Shown here piece after piece: positions 17,499 to 25,199 of a DNA stretch of 52,998 bases. A program made the position numbers and the translations under genes. Source of the stretch: a virus (lineage: Duplodnaviria > Caudoviricetes); the IMG/VR virus record IMGVR_UViG_3300031659_000011, positions 1 to 52,998 of that record, one strand, 5' to 3'. Within the stretch, counting starts at the first letter, position 1; each line of letters opens with the position of its first letter. The notes below the pieces were generated by a model. That model was not told the origin of the DNA. It saw only the letters and a list, made by a program, of their open reading frames with translations, and made no database searches.

Positions 17499-18209
17499 CT
17501 ACACAGATATGGTCAAGCGAGCGTCGGCTAGCACTGACTCTATTTGATCAGTCACGTCTAGCTCACTAGCTACTATTTTAACGATATCGTCTGCGTGACT
17601 AAATATGTCAAAGTCGTCAGCGGGCCTGTAGCCTCCTTCGTACAAAATGCTTACAACTGAGTCCTCAATCATACTCTCATCTATGACGTGATCGCCAAGC
17701 TCAAACTCTCTCGCGCGCTCGTATCCATTATCACTGAGTATGCCTAGCACTCGGTCCTCGAGCTCTTCATCTAGTCCATTATCGCTGATTATGCCTAGCA
17801 CTTGGTCCTCGATCCTTGCCTCTATGTCCTCCGCGTACTCCAGGCACTCGCAGCCGCATCCGTTAGCCTCAATTATACCTAGCACCGCCGCCTCACTGGC
17901 CCCATTAATATAGGGGGTGGTGCGAGGCTCTATAACTTTAAAGCTCAGACCAAAACTGCTGGGGTTAACATGGTCTAGAGTATCTGCGTGCCTGTTTCTA
18001 CGCCCGACCAACTTCCAGTCTTCCATTTTTCCGCCGTATATGCTTGTGTCTATGTCCATTATTATAAAGGGCAGCATAAGCTCACTGTCACTCGCAGAGG
18101 GCCCGCGGACTCCGTCCCCATAATTAAGCATCAAGCCGCTCTGAGTTACTAATGCAACTAGCACCTGTTGACCGTCGTCCTTCCTTAAAAATTTAGTTAT
18201 AGCGCTCAT
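17499..18209 (-). CDS. Hypothetical protein with acidic internal repeats
   Basis: 236 aa; four E-x-x-V-x-x-I-I/L-x-x-x-G units in a D/E-rich C-terminal half. Confidence 0.75.
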   Translation of the reverse strand: MSAITKFLRKDDGQQVLVALVTQSGLMLNYGDGVRGPSASDSELMLPFIIMDIDTSIYGGKMEDWKLVGRRNRHADTLDHVNPSSFGLSFKVIEPRTTPYINGASEAAVLGIIEANGCGCECLEYAEDIEARIEDQVLGIISDNGLDEELEDRVLGILSDNGYERAREFELGDHVIDESMIEDSVVSILYEGGYRPADDFDIFSHADDIVKIVASELDVTDQIESVLADARLTISV

Positions 18210-18421
18210 GACTGCACCTCCGCTGCAATAAAGTCCGCGGTATTTGTAGACGACTCGAGGCTCGGGCTGCTAAGTATCTCAGTGACGTCGCCAACACTCA
18301 TTAGACTTGTATATACATTGCTAGCATAAAAGCCGCCAAACATGTTTGGCGCTCCTTTGTATACCGTTCTCACTTTGTACTTTCCATCTTTCCGTTTGTT
18401 CCCGATTATTGATATTTGCAT
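18206..18421 (-). CDS. Hypothetical protein
   Basis: 71 aa; AGGAG RBS downstream of HH3. Confidence 0.75.
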   Translation of the reverse strand: MQISIIGNKRKDGKYKVRTVYKGAPNMFGGFYASNVYTSLMSVGDVTEILSSPSLESSTNTADFIAAEVQS

Positions 18422-18448
18422 TTTTCTAATCTCCTATTCATGGCTGAT

Positions 18449-18507
18449 GGTCTCATCAGTGCCGCAGAGAGCGACAGACTAGGGGCACTCTGCCCCCAGT
18501 TTCGACC
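18449..18507 (-). ncRNA. Hammerhead ribozyme, type II (copy HH3)
   Basis: GGUC-GAAA-CUGGGGGC(AGAGU)GCCCCUAG-UC^UGUCGC(UCUCU)GCGGCA-CUGAUGA-GACC; predicted cut between 18477 and 18476. Confidence 0.92.
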
Positions 18508-18513
18508 TGTGGG

Positions 18514-18801
18514 CTATCTGGTGGCGGTGGGCGGTCCACCCTCCCATAAATCTAAATCAGCTATGCCCTGTATGTAGTCGGTGGGGTCCTCCATTATCTC
18601 CACCATTTGTCCGTCTTTTATGGCCCAGTATTCTAACTCGGCTGCTACTGCTTCAGCTATCGAGAGATCCCCGTACAGTTCTACCCAGTCCGATCGGTCG
18701 CGGCACTCTAGTGCGCACGCTGCTCCAAATGATACCTCGCGGCGATCAGTTGCTACCGCTTCCATAAATGCAATAAAACTAGATAAGTCATTGTTTTTCA
18801 T
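18514..18801 (-). CDS. Acidic hypothetical protein, first gene of the early operon
   Basis: 95 aa, D/E rich. Confidence 0.65.
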   Translation of the reverse strand: MKNNDLSSFIAFMEAVATDRREVSFGAACALECRDRSDWVELYGDLSIAEAVAAELEYWAIKDGQMVEIMEDPTDYIQGIADLDLWEGGPPTATR

Positions 18802-18835
18802 CGTTATATACCCTGTTGTTGTTATGTGAGATCTA

Positions 18836-18864
18836 ATTATTACATATAAAGGGTATGTGGTAAA
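18836..18864 (-). promoter_or_regulatory. Putative sigma70 promoter of the ribozyme-containing operon
   Basis: TTTACC-N17-AATAAT in an AT-rich context upstream of the first gene. Confidence 0.5.
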
Positions 18865-19026
18865 GACTTACTATAGTTATTTATGGGCTGGCTGGGGCTG
18901 TTTATATATTGGCGTCGGATTAATGGCGTGCAATAAAGCCACTGGGGCTGCAGCGTTTAGCGCGTAGGTAAGTGGAGGCTCGGCTAGGGTTAGTAGGTTG
19001 GCGGCCCCTCTGTGTGAGCCTAGGAC

Positions 19027-19152
19027 CGCTGTTGGGCTAATCGCTGTTGGGCTAATCGCTGTTGGGCTAATCGCTGTTGGGCTAATCGCTGTTGGGCTAA
19101 TCGCTGTTGGGCTAATCGCTGTTGGGCTAATCGCTGTTGGGCTAATCGCTGT
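19027..19152. repeat. Perfect 15-bp tandem array
   Basis: CGCTGTTGGGCTAAT x8 plus 6 bp. Confidence 0.97.
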
Positions 19153-19179
19153 CTGACAATTGATTGACAATTGCCTGAC

Positions 19180-19206
19180 AGCTCTGAGCTCTGAGCTCTG
19201 AGCTAT
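19180..19206. repeat. 7-bp AGCTCTG tandem repeat
   Basis: AGCTCTG x3 followed by AGCTAT; same unit as in the 15.6-15.9 kb array. Confidence 0.9.
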
Positions 19207-19314
19207 AAGCAAACATCAATAAGTCGGTCGCCCCCTAAAGCCCCATCCAATCATAAATCCACGTGAGAGCACACTCGCTATGTGCCTCTACTAACAAAAA
19301 GACTACAAGAGCCA

Positions 19315-19655
19315 GTGTGTCCTTTTTAAGGCCCTTTAATATAAATATCCGCCCCAAGGGCGGTATATATATATGACACACACCACCGTTTTACTTAGTC
19401 TTTAGATTTCAATGACTTACGTTGGACTCCCGTAACTCCCGCACACCCACCCGCGTCATATAAATCAATGACTTAAAATCAACTCCCGCATCAACAACCT
19501 ATTTTTGGAGGTACATTTACACGTGCGGAGGTTAAAACGTATATAATTCAACAGCTTAAAATCAACTCCCGCATTAAAAGGCCATCCAGCCGCATTAAAA
19601 GGCCATCCAGCCGCACATATGAAGCTAACTACCGCAGTAGTTCCGCACGTAAAAA
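19315..19655. other. Origin-like non-coding region
   Basis: GC hairpin in an AT-rich tract, IHF-consensus sites, a 34-bp imperfect direct repeat and ACTCCCGCA iteron-like motifs. Confidence 0.45.
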
Positions 19656-19696
19656 AGCGCCTTTCTAGACGCCTTTTTACCCATTTATGGCAGGAG

Positions 19697-20173
19697 CTAA
19701 ACACCTCGAACATACACGTGCGGCGACGCACTTTTACCCGCCGATTGACCAGCAGCAGCTGAGTTTATATCCTTGAGCACAGCTTTGAGCGTTAGCTCTG
19801 ACCTTTCTAAATCTGCTTCGAGCGCTATTATCTCAGCATGTACCCACGCGTGCACCTCTGAGTCGGGGCGGACCCGCTCGCTCAATAGCTCCTTAGACTT
19901 GACGCCGTCCTCACTGCCAAGACCAAGTTGGGTGGTTATGTAGTCGTGCACCTCGCCGACATTTTCAAAGCTACCGAGCCTGCCATCATCAACCTCGACG
20001 CCAAACTCGGCCTCTAGATCTAGTGTCAGCTCTATCTCATCGAGTGAGTCAGCGCCCAAATCGTCAGCAAAGCGGCTTGACCGAGTCACGTTGACAACTC
20101 CAAAACTGGAAATGATAATGTTGTCAATGGCTTGAATGACATCGTCCCTACTTCTGTGCAGTGCTTTACTCAT
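19697..20173 (-). CDS. acpP: Acyl carrier protein domain fused to a C-terminal extension
   Basis: F.DDLGADSLD.IEL...LE.EFGVEV.D with an intact phosphopantetheine Ser. Confidence 0.85.
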   Translation of the reverse strand: MSKALHRSRDDVIQAIDNIIISSFGVVNVTRSSRFADDLGADSLDEIELTLDLEAEFGVEVDDGRLGSFENVGEVHDYITTQLGLGSEDGVKSKELLSERVRPDSEVHAWVHAEIIALEADLERSELTLKAVLKDINSAAAGQSAGKSASPHVYVRGV

Positions 20174-20177
20174 AATA

Positions 20178-20423
20178 TTAATCCTCGGTTATTACCTTTA
20201 ATTCGGTCTCGAGCCAGACTTTAGCGCCGCAAGGCAAAGGCTTATCTGGCCTGTACACTAACTTAGCGACGACGTCGCCTTTGCTGTCAATCAGTGATGC
20301 TGAGTTGCATTTACGATTATTTATGTAATCTTTAACCGTCAGCACTGGCATATTTGCGCCTTTTATATTAGCACGTATGTGGTGTTGATTGACATGCAAT
20401 TTAGTCTTCATATCCCTCCCCAT
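20178..20423 (-). CDS. Conserved phage hypothetical protein
   Basis: HVNQH.IRAN...PLPCGAKVWLET. Confidence 0.65.
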   Translation of the reverse strand: MGRDMKTKLHVNQHHIRANIKGANMPVLTVKDYINNRKCNSASLIDSKGDVVAKLVYRPDKPLPCGAKVWLETELKVITED

Positions 20424-20494
20424 TTACTGATTTGTGCTACTAGATCAGGTAGCAGCGCTTCTTTGTTTTCAATCATTTTAAACTTCCCCTAGAA

Positions 20495-20842
20495 TTAGGC
20501 GTATTTGGCCTGTAGTAATGTAGTCGCTCGCTTCTCGATAAAAAGAAGACAGCTTGCAGCAGCGAAAAAATCATCGTCGTCGATATAAAGGCCGAAATCT
20601 AAGCCTAATTCGCGCAATTCACTGTCATACGGGCCATCGTCACCGTCCATTAGTCGCGGGTCGTTTTTCCCGCAGGCACAGGTGGGCCAATCATTTGCCA
20701 TGAGGTTATGATGCTCGGAAAACTCGCCCTTAATCTCAGCTTTTATTATTGCTTCCCCCCAGTAGCTCTCATGTATACCATTTTTCCGTAAAAAAGATTC
20801 TGCTTGTTTAAGCACTTGTGCTGCCTTCTTGTTTGTTTTCAT
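20495..20842 (-). CDS. Hypothetical protein
   Basis: 115 aa; AGGAGATAAG RBS. Confidence 0.7.
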   Translation of the reverse strand: MKTNKKAAQVLKQAESFLRKNGIHESYWGEAIIKAEIKGEFSEHHNLMANDWPTCACGKNDPRLMDGDDGPYDSELRELGLDFGLYIDDDDFFAAASCLLFIEKRATTLLQAKYA

Positions 20843-20878
20843 AACTTATCTCCTGTTGCTGTTAGTGTACGTTGTTGC

Positions 20879-21070
20879 TCATGGTGTACGTTTAGTTGTG
20901 GGTCCAGCTTGCGTAAGCTCAAACCTCTCTACTATGTAAAACTCGTGGTTATCGCGAATAGCTGACTCATTGAGTTGATCGCTATAGGCCTGCGCCTGCG
21001 CTTGACTATCAAACACTTTAATAACTTTGTCGGCGAGATTATCGTGCCGCATAACTATGTATAGATACAT
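20879..21070 (-). CDS. Hypothetical protein
   Basis: 63 aa; GAGG RBS. Confidence 0.65.
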   Translation of the reverse strand: MYLYIVMRHDNLADKVIKVFDSQAQAQAYSDQLNESAIRDNHEFYIVERFELTQAGPTTKRTP

Positions 21071-21225
21071 CTATTTATCCTCTTTAATTAGTGCCTGTTC
21101 GTAAATATCGGAAAGTTTCGGCATGAATCGTCCCATCAAACAGGGCTTCGCTTATTACGATCCCAAACATCAGATCGGCATCTGGGCCAGCTCCAGTTCC
21201 CGCGTCCCTAGGTTCCGCGAATTTC

Positions 21226-21387
21226 TTAGACGGTACTTAAAGCCTCTTGGACTCGAGTAAGCCTACCGCTTAAACCATCTATAACATCAATAGCCGCGAT
21301 TATAGCCTCGCGGTGGACTTGGTCCTCGGCGTCCCGCATGTTAAAACTTATCTCATAAAGCGCTTGAGTTAATTGCTCAGTTGTCAT
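21226..21387 (-). CDS. Hypothetical protein, 53 aa (not in ORF track)
   Basis: MTTEQLTQALYEISFNMRDAEDQVHREAII...; GAGGAGG RBS. Confidence 0.55.
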   Translation of the reverse strand: MTTEQLTQALYEISFNMRDAEDQVHREAIIAAIDVIDGLSGRLTRVQEALSTV

Positions 21388-21390
21388 GAT

Positions 21391-21690
21391 CTAATCCTCC
21401 TCAGATTGTAAAGTGTACAGCTCGTCGAAAACGTCAGGGTGGCACGGGTAAAAGTCACCGAGTGGCCCCCTAATTATCCACGAGCCAGTCGTAGCCTCCG
21501 CTACACCATTAAGCTTGTCTAGGTAAAATGTATTGGTCGAGTATCTAACTTTAGGAGCCTCAGCCCCCTCGGCCTCGAAAGGCTCAAAAGCCATCTCATC
21601 AAAAGCGTAAATCCAATCACAAACCTCACTGCCGTTGCCTTTAAACTGAATAGCATCTACGCCCACTGGGTTCATCGTGTATTTAGCCAT
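21391..21690 (-). CDS. Conserved phage protein
   Basis: DAIQF and G.WII.G..G.FYPC.PD.F..Y motifs. Confidence 0.7.
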   Translation of the reverse strand: MAKYTMNPVGVDAIQFKGNGSEVCDWIYAFDEMAFEPFEAEGAEAPKVRYSTNTFYLDKLNGVAEATTGSWIIRGPLGDFYPCHPDVFDELYTLQSEED

Positions 21691-21694
21691 CTGA

Positions 21695-21919
21695 CTACAC
21701 TCCGCGGCTCATGAGTATGTTATTTATTGCGACTATCTGCGCCCTTGTGCCTGCTATTTTCTGAGTTTTACTGGCAGAAAAGTTGTCAAGAATACTTGCC
21801 TTGTTTTTGTGAAACGCAAACATCTCAACCTCAAGCGGCTCAATAATACTGATCAACCACCTTTGGCGGTCCTTGAGTACCGCAGTACTCCTACCCTTTA
21901 AAACTGAATCGTATGACAT
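21695..21919 (-). CDS. Hypothetical protein
   Basis: 74 aa; GGAG RBS. Confidence 0.6.
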   Translation of the reverse strand: MSYDSVLKGRSTAVLKDRQRWLISIIEPLEVEMFAFHKNKASILDNFSASKTQKIAGTRAQIVAINNILMSRGV

Positions 21920-21940
21920 TAGTAGTCTCCGCTATTTAGA

Positions 21941-22249
21941 TTAGTAATTCTGCTTGACGAACGAGCCATTGACCCAGCTACCTTTACGCTTGGTAACTTT
22001 ATCAACAGCGCGTGATAGGCAGTCGACGGGGTTTAGCTTCTGCAGCCGAGCTTGAACGCATGCTGTAAATATCACGTCCCCAAGCTCATCGCCAATCTCA
22101 GAAATGCTGCCGCCATTGACTGCAGCTACAAGTTCTCCCACTTCCTCAGCCATTTTACCGAGCTGATCAAGCGGCGAGGAATTAGCCTCGAGATCTTTTG
22201 ATTCCATCCAATCGACTACCCTTCTATTTTCATGCTCAAAAGTGCCCAT
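21941..22249 (-). CDS. mazG: MazG-like nucleotide pyrophosphohydrolase
   Basis: QLGKMAEEVGEL...DELGDVIF...KRKG..VNGSFVK. Confidence 0.85.
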   Translation of the reverse strand: MGTFEHENRRVVDWMESKDLEANSSPLDQLGKMAEEVGELVAAVNGGSISEIGDELGDVIFTACVQARLQKLNPVDCLSRAVDKVTKRKGSWVNGSFVKQNY

Positions 22250-22395
22250 TACTGCCCGCCTACGTTGATATCAACGGCGCCACAAATGTCCCACTGGGAT
22301 AGGTCGCGCTGGGTACCAAAACTGATGGTGCCCCCCGCGAACATGACGGTCACCAAAAATACGATGACAAGGCTCTGCATTACCACGCTAATCAT
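22249..22395 (-). CDS. Small membrane protein, 48 aa (not in ORF track)
   Basis: MISVVMQSLVIVFLVTVMFAGG...; coupled at both ends (ATGA and TAATG). Confidence 0.55.
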   Translation of the reverse strand: MISVVMQSLVIVFLVTVMFAGGTISFGTQRDLSQWDICGAVDINVGGQ

Positions 22396-22682
22396 TCGGC
22401 GGCAGCCTCAGCTTCGGCCTCAGCTTCGGCCTCAGCCTTCTCAGCGGCAGCCTTCTCAGCGGCAGCCTTCTTAGCATCATCATTTGCTTTTTTGATGGCT
22501 GCAAAACGCGCGTTTACTTCGATAAGAGCGGGTACATAATCGCAACCCTCTACCGCTGCGTCGCAAGTCCCGCCAAAGCGCATGCAGAGGTATCGAGTTT
22601 TAACTTGTTTATTATGCTTAGACGCCATTAAATATCCGCAATCTACGCATGCGTCGGGTGCTCCAGTTGTGTATGTATTCAT
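22392..22682 (-). CDS. Hypothetical Cys-containing protein with Ala/Glu-rich tail
   Basis: CxxC plus further Cys; KAAAE and AE repeats. Confidence 0.55.
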   Translation of the reverse strand: MNTYTTGAPDACVDCGYLMASKHNKQVKTRYLCMRFGGTCDAAVEGCDYVPALIEVNARFAAIKKANDDAKKAAAEKAAAEKAEAEAEAEAEAAAE

Positions 22683-22684
22683 TT

Positions 22685-24778
22685 TTAAGATTCCTCTGTT
22701 AGTGTGATGTCCGATCTCTGATTTCTATTATTGATTGTAACCTCAATTACTTTATCAATTCGTAATGTCTCCATGGCATGCACGTAATCCGACATCGTTA
22801 TACTCTCGAAGTCGGGGTACAGGCGCTGCAATGCAACAAATCTGCGGGGTGCATATCTATCACCCCCGTTACTCGATGGCCCAACTGTGTCTCCCTGCTC
22901 AGTTACTATTGCTAGCAACTCGAGAAACTGATCGCGAGCAATCTGGTGGTGCCCAAGATCTTCCACTTCTGCTGATGTTAGATTTCGCATAAAACCTTGT
23001 TGATTTATGAGCGTCAAATCTGGGTGCAAAGGCCCCTTGTTAGACTTCATATGCTGAAAAGTCAAAGTGGGGTCAGCGGACGATCTCGGGTCGTTCCATC
23101 TCATATAAATTCTAGATCTCGCTGAGTTGTTCCACCCCACGTTGCCTGACGTACCTAAGCCTGACGACATACCAGCCTGACTAGGGTGGGCCAACATAAA
23201 TACGGCGGTACTATTTCTGCGAGCCAGCGCGGTGAGGCTGCGAACATACTGCCTAACCTCTGATTTAATGATCTCATTGCCGCCAAAAGTATCTGCGGCA
23301 GTGTCTATCGTGACGGACGTATATGAGTGCTCGCGACATAGAGCGTCGACGTAATCATAAAACTTAGTGCGTCTGCCCTCATCTTTTTCAAAAGTCATCA
23401 GCATGCCATCCTCGACCGTAAGGATATGCACATCTGACAACTGGTCTCGAGTTACCATCATGTTCTTTTCAATATTTTCCAGCCTGCGGTGCAAATCACC
23501 TTTGTCGTCCTCGCACGATATAAATAGCACCTTCCCCTTTTTGGTCGGTACGCCAAACATAGGTTGACCCAAAGCAATCGAGCAAGCGAGCTGGAGAGCT
23601 ACCATTGATTTACCCGCTCCGCCATCCGCATACAGTAGAGTAGTTTCGCCAACTGGCATGTATTCGTGCCAGCCCCATTGCACCTCGGGTGCTTTACCCT
23701 TTAGATCCGCGAGCGAAAAAAGCTCTCTAGTAGACTCAGCGTACTGGTCTTTACTATCTCTGTCTGACGATTTAATCTCGCCTCTTATATCATTAGCTAG
23801 CTTATGCACGGTTGCAAAAGTAGTTGAGTTCTTGCTCCCGTCAAGCTTGAAAGAGTCCCAGCGATGCCGACAGTCACTCATGCCACCGTAGGCCTCACCT
23901 CCGTCGTAGGACCAGTCATTAAAGATATCAAAACCCTCTTCGTCGCCCTGATACTGATGGTGGATAGCCATCGCTATCTGCAGCCACTTTTCACGCGAGC
24001 AGTTAGATGATATTAGGTCAAGGTCGTCTAGCACCTCCTCTGACGTCCAATCACCAACCTGTTGAGCCTTAACCCGCGCTTCGAAGTCAGATATAGGCGT
24101 GATGCTCGCGCTGTCACTCCCCCGTGCAGAATGTTCTACCCAGCCACTGGCGACAGCGCTGTTCTCAAAGTAGTCAAATAATCTACCAATAAAGCTGCCA
24201 ATCTTAATCTTAGGTAGCTCAGGTATATCAGCTGCAGCTATGTCAAACACGCTATCACCCGTGTATACATACGGGCCTTTGGTCTCGACGTGCTCACCAA
24301 AGCATATCCACTGCTGACCGTCGCCCAGCATCTCTATTCGTTGGATCTTTGCCTCTCCATCTTTGGGTCCTGATGTATGTACTGGATCGGCGGGGTTGAT
24401 GAATGATTTAGATACTTGTTTAGTGAGTTTATCTACATTTCTAAATGCGAAAAGGTGCTTAGGTTTAAACCCAAAGCGGGCTATTGTTAGCTCGGGTGCT
24501 TCTTTTTTGATGAATTTATAAACAAGCAGGGCTAATCCTTTGTCGTAAACGTCAACATCCAGACCCCCGATTTCTTTGGCCTTGACACCCCAGCCTGAGT
24601 AGTGACCCGACTGTGCCCAAGATTTAACTCCAGCTGGGTCGGCATTAATGTCCTGCCACCCCGCCATATTGGGATGCTTAAGGCCCTTAGCTATAGGCAC
24701 GATTGGGTAACCTAGATCTAATAGCCTTAAACCCGCGTCTTCAAAGTCACTGCTGTCTATCTTATTAGCAGGCATCAT
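22685..24778 (-). CDS. Bifunctional primase-polymerase / PriCT-2 / RepA-type (AAA_25) helicase
   Basis: GYPIVPI..G.K.P...GW and LDVD (Prim-Pol); WLQIAMAIH...GFDIFNDWS (PriCT-2); Walker A ADGGAGKS, ISCED, TIDT, LAHPS. Confidence 0.9.
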   Translation of the reverse strand: MMPANKIDSSDFEDAGLRLLDLGYPIVPIAKGLKHPNMAGWQDINADPAGVKSWAQSGHYSGWGVKAKEIGGLDVDVYDKGLALLVYKFIKKEAPELTIARFGFKPKHLFAFRNVDKLTKQVSKSFINPADPVHTSGPKDGEAKIQRIEMLGDGQQWICFGEHVETKGPYVYTGDSVFDIAAADIPELPKIKIGSFIGRLFDYFENSAVASGWVEHSARGSDSASITPISDFEARVKAQQVGDWTSEEVLDDLDLISSNCSREKWLQIAMAIHHQYQGDEEGFDIFNDWSYDGGEAYGGMSDCRHRWDSFKLDGSKNSTTFATVHKLANDIRGEIKSSDRDSKDQYAESTRELFSLADLKGKAPEVQWGWHEYMPVGETTLLYADGGAGKSMVALQLACSIALGQPMFGVPTKKGKVLFISCEDDKGDLHRRLENIEKNMMVTRDQLSDVHILTVEDGMLMTFEKDEGRRTKFYDYVDALCREHSYTSVTIDTAADTFGGNEIIKSEVRQYVRSLTALARRNSTAVFMLAHPSQAGMSSGLGTSGNVGWNNSARSRIYMRWNDPRSSADPTLTFQHMKSNKGPLHPDLTLINQQGFMRNLTSAEVEDLGHHQIARDQFLELLAIVTEQGDTVGPSSNGGDRYAPRRFVALQRLYPDFESITMSDYVHAMETLRIDKVIEVTINNRNQRSDITLTEES

Positions 24779-24990
24779 TTCAACCCCCGTAGGTGTTTAT
24801 GCGACGCGCTGTATGTCTGATGCGTCAGCTCGGTATCTAAGGCCAAATGGGCGTCATGCTTGACGGCGCCTGCACCCGAGTTATACCACCGAGATATGGT
24901 TGGTTGGGATACCCCGCAAAGTTTAGCGAGGTAGTCTTGTGGCACATTATATATTTCAATAAGCGCCCTGATGGTTTCATGAGTAGTCAT
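24775..24990 (-). CDS. Cro/CI-type HTH regulator
   Basis: QDYLAKLCGVSQPTISRW HTH; start at 24990 or 24999. Confidence 0.8.
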   Translation of the reverse strand: MTTHETIRALIEIYNVPQDYLAKLCGVSQPTISRWYNSGAGAVKHDAHLALDTELTHQTYSASHKHLRGLK

Positions 24991-24997
24991 AACCCCC

Positions 24998-25027
24998 ATA
25001 CTATCATTCGTAAACGAATAATGTAAA
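24998..25027 (-). promoter_or_regulatory. Putative leftward promoter with palindromic operator
   Basis: TTTACA-N18-TAGTAT with a TGn extension; ATTCGT-AA-ACGAAT palindrome (25006-25019) in the spacer. Confidence 0.55.
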
Positions 25028-25171
25028 GTAATAAATAAAAGTACAAGCTATCCTCAACCCAGCCCCAGATATATACCCATACATATCATAGAGTTAACCG
25101 CGTCCTATAGTGTCCGATACCGTCCAGCGCGGTCCACCCTTTTAAAAAAGCATAGAGCGAGGATAAAATAG

Positions 25172-25199
25172 TTGCAGGACATATTCATTCGTGTATAAT
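25172..25199 (+). promoter_or_regulatory. Putative rightward sigma70 promoter
   Basis: TTGCAG-N16-TATAAT upstream of the DUF932 gene. Confidence 0.65.

Noticed and set aside
17137-18510. CRISPR-like or attC-like reading of the three long intergenic repeats
   Set aside because: The units are 60-90 bp, separated by whole genes, with no cas or integrase; the hammerhead fold explains the conservation.
19027-19152. CRISPR array
   Set aside because: Pure tandem repeat with no spacers.
18877-19212. 111-aa ORF with TAISP repeats
   Set aside because: It is a translation of the perfect 15-bp DNA array, with a TTG start, no RBS and no synonymous variation.
21085-21225. Possible fourth hammerhead (CTGATG...CGAAAC on the minus strand)
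   Set aside because: The core reads CUGAUGU rather than CUGANGA, and no consistent stems were found.
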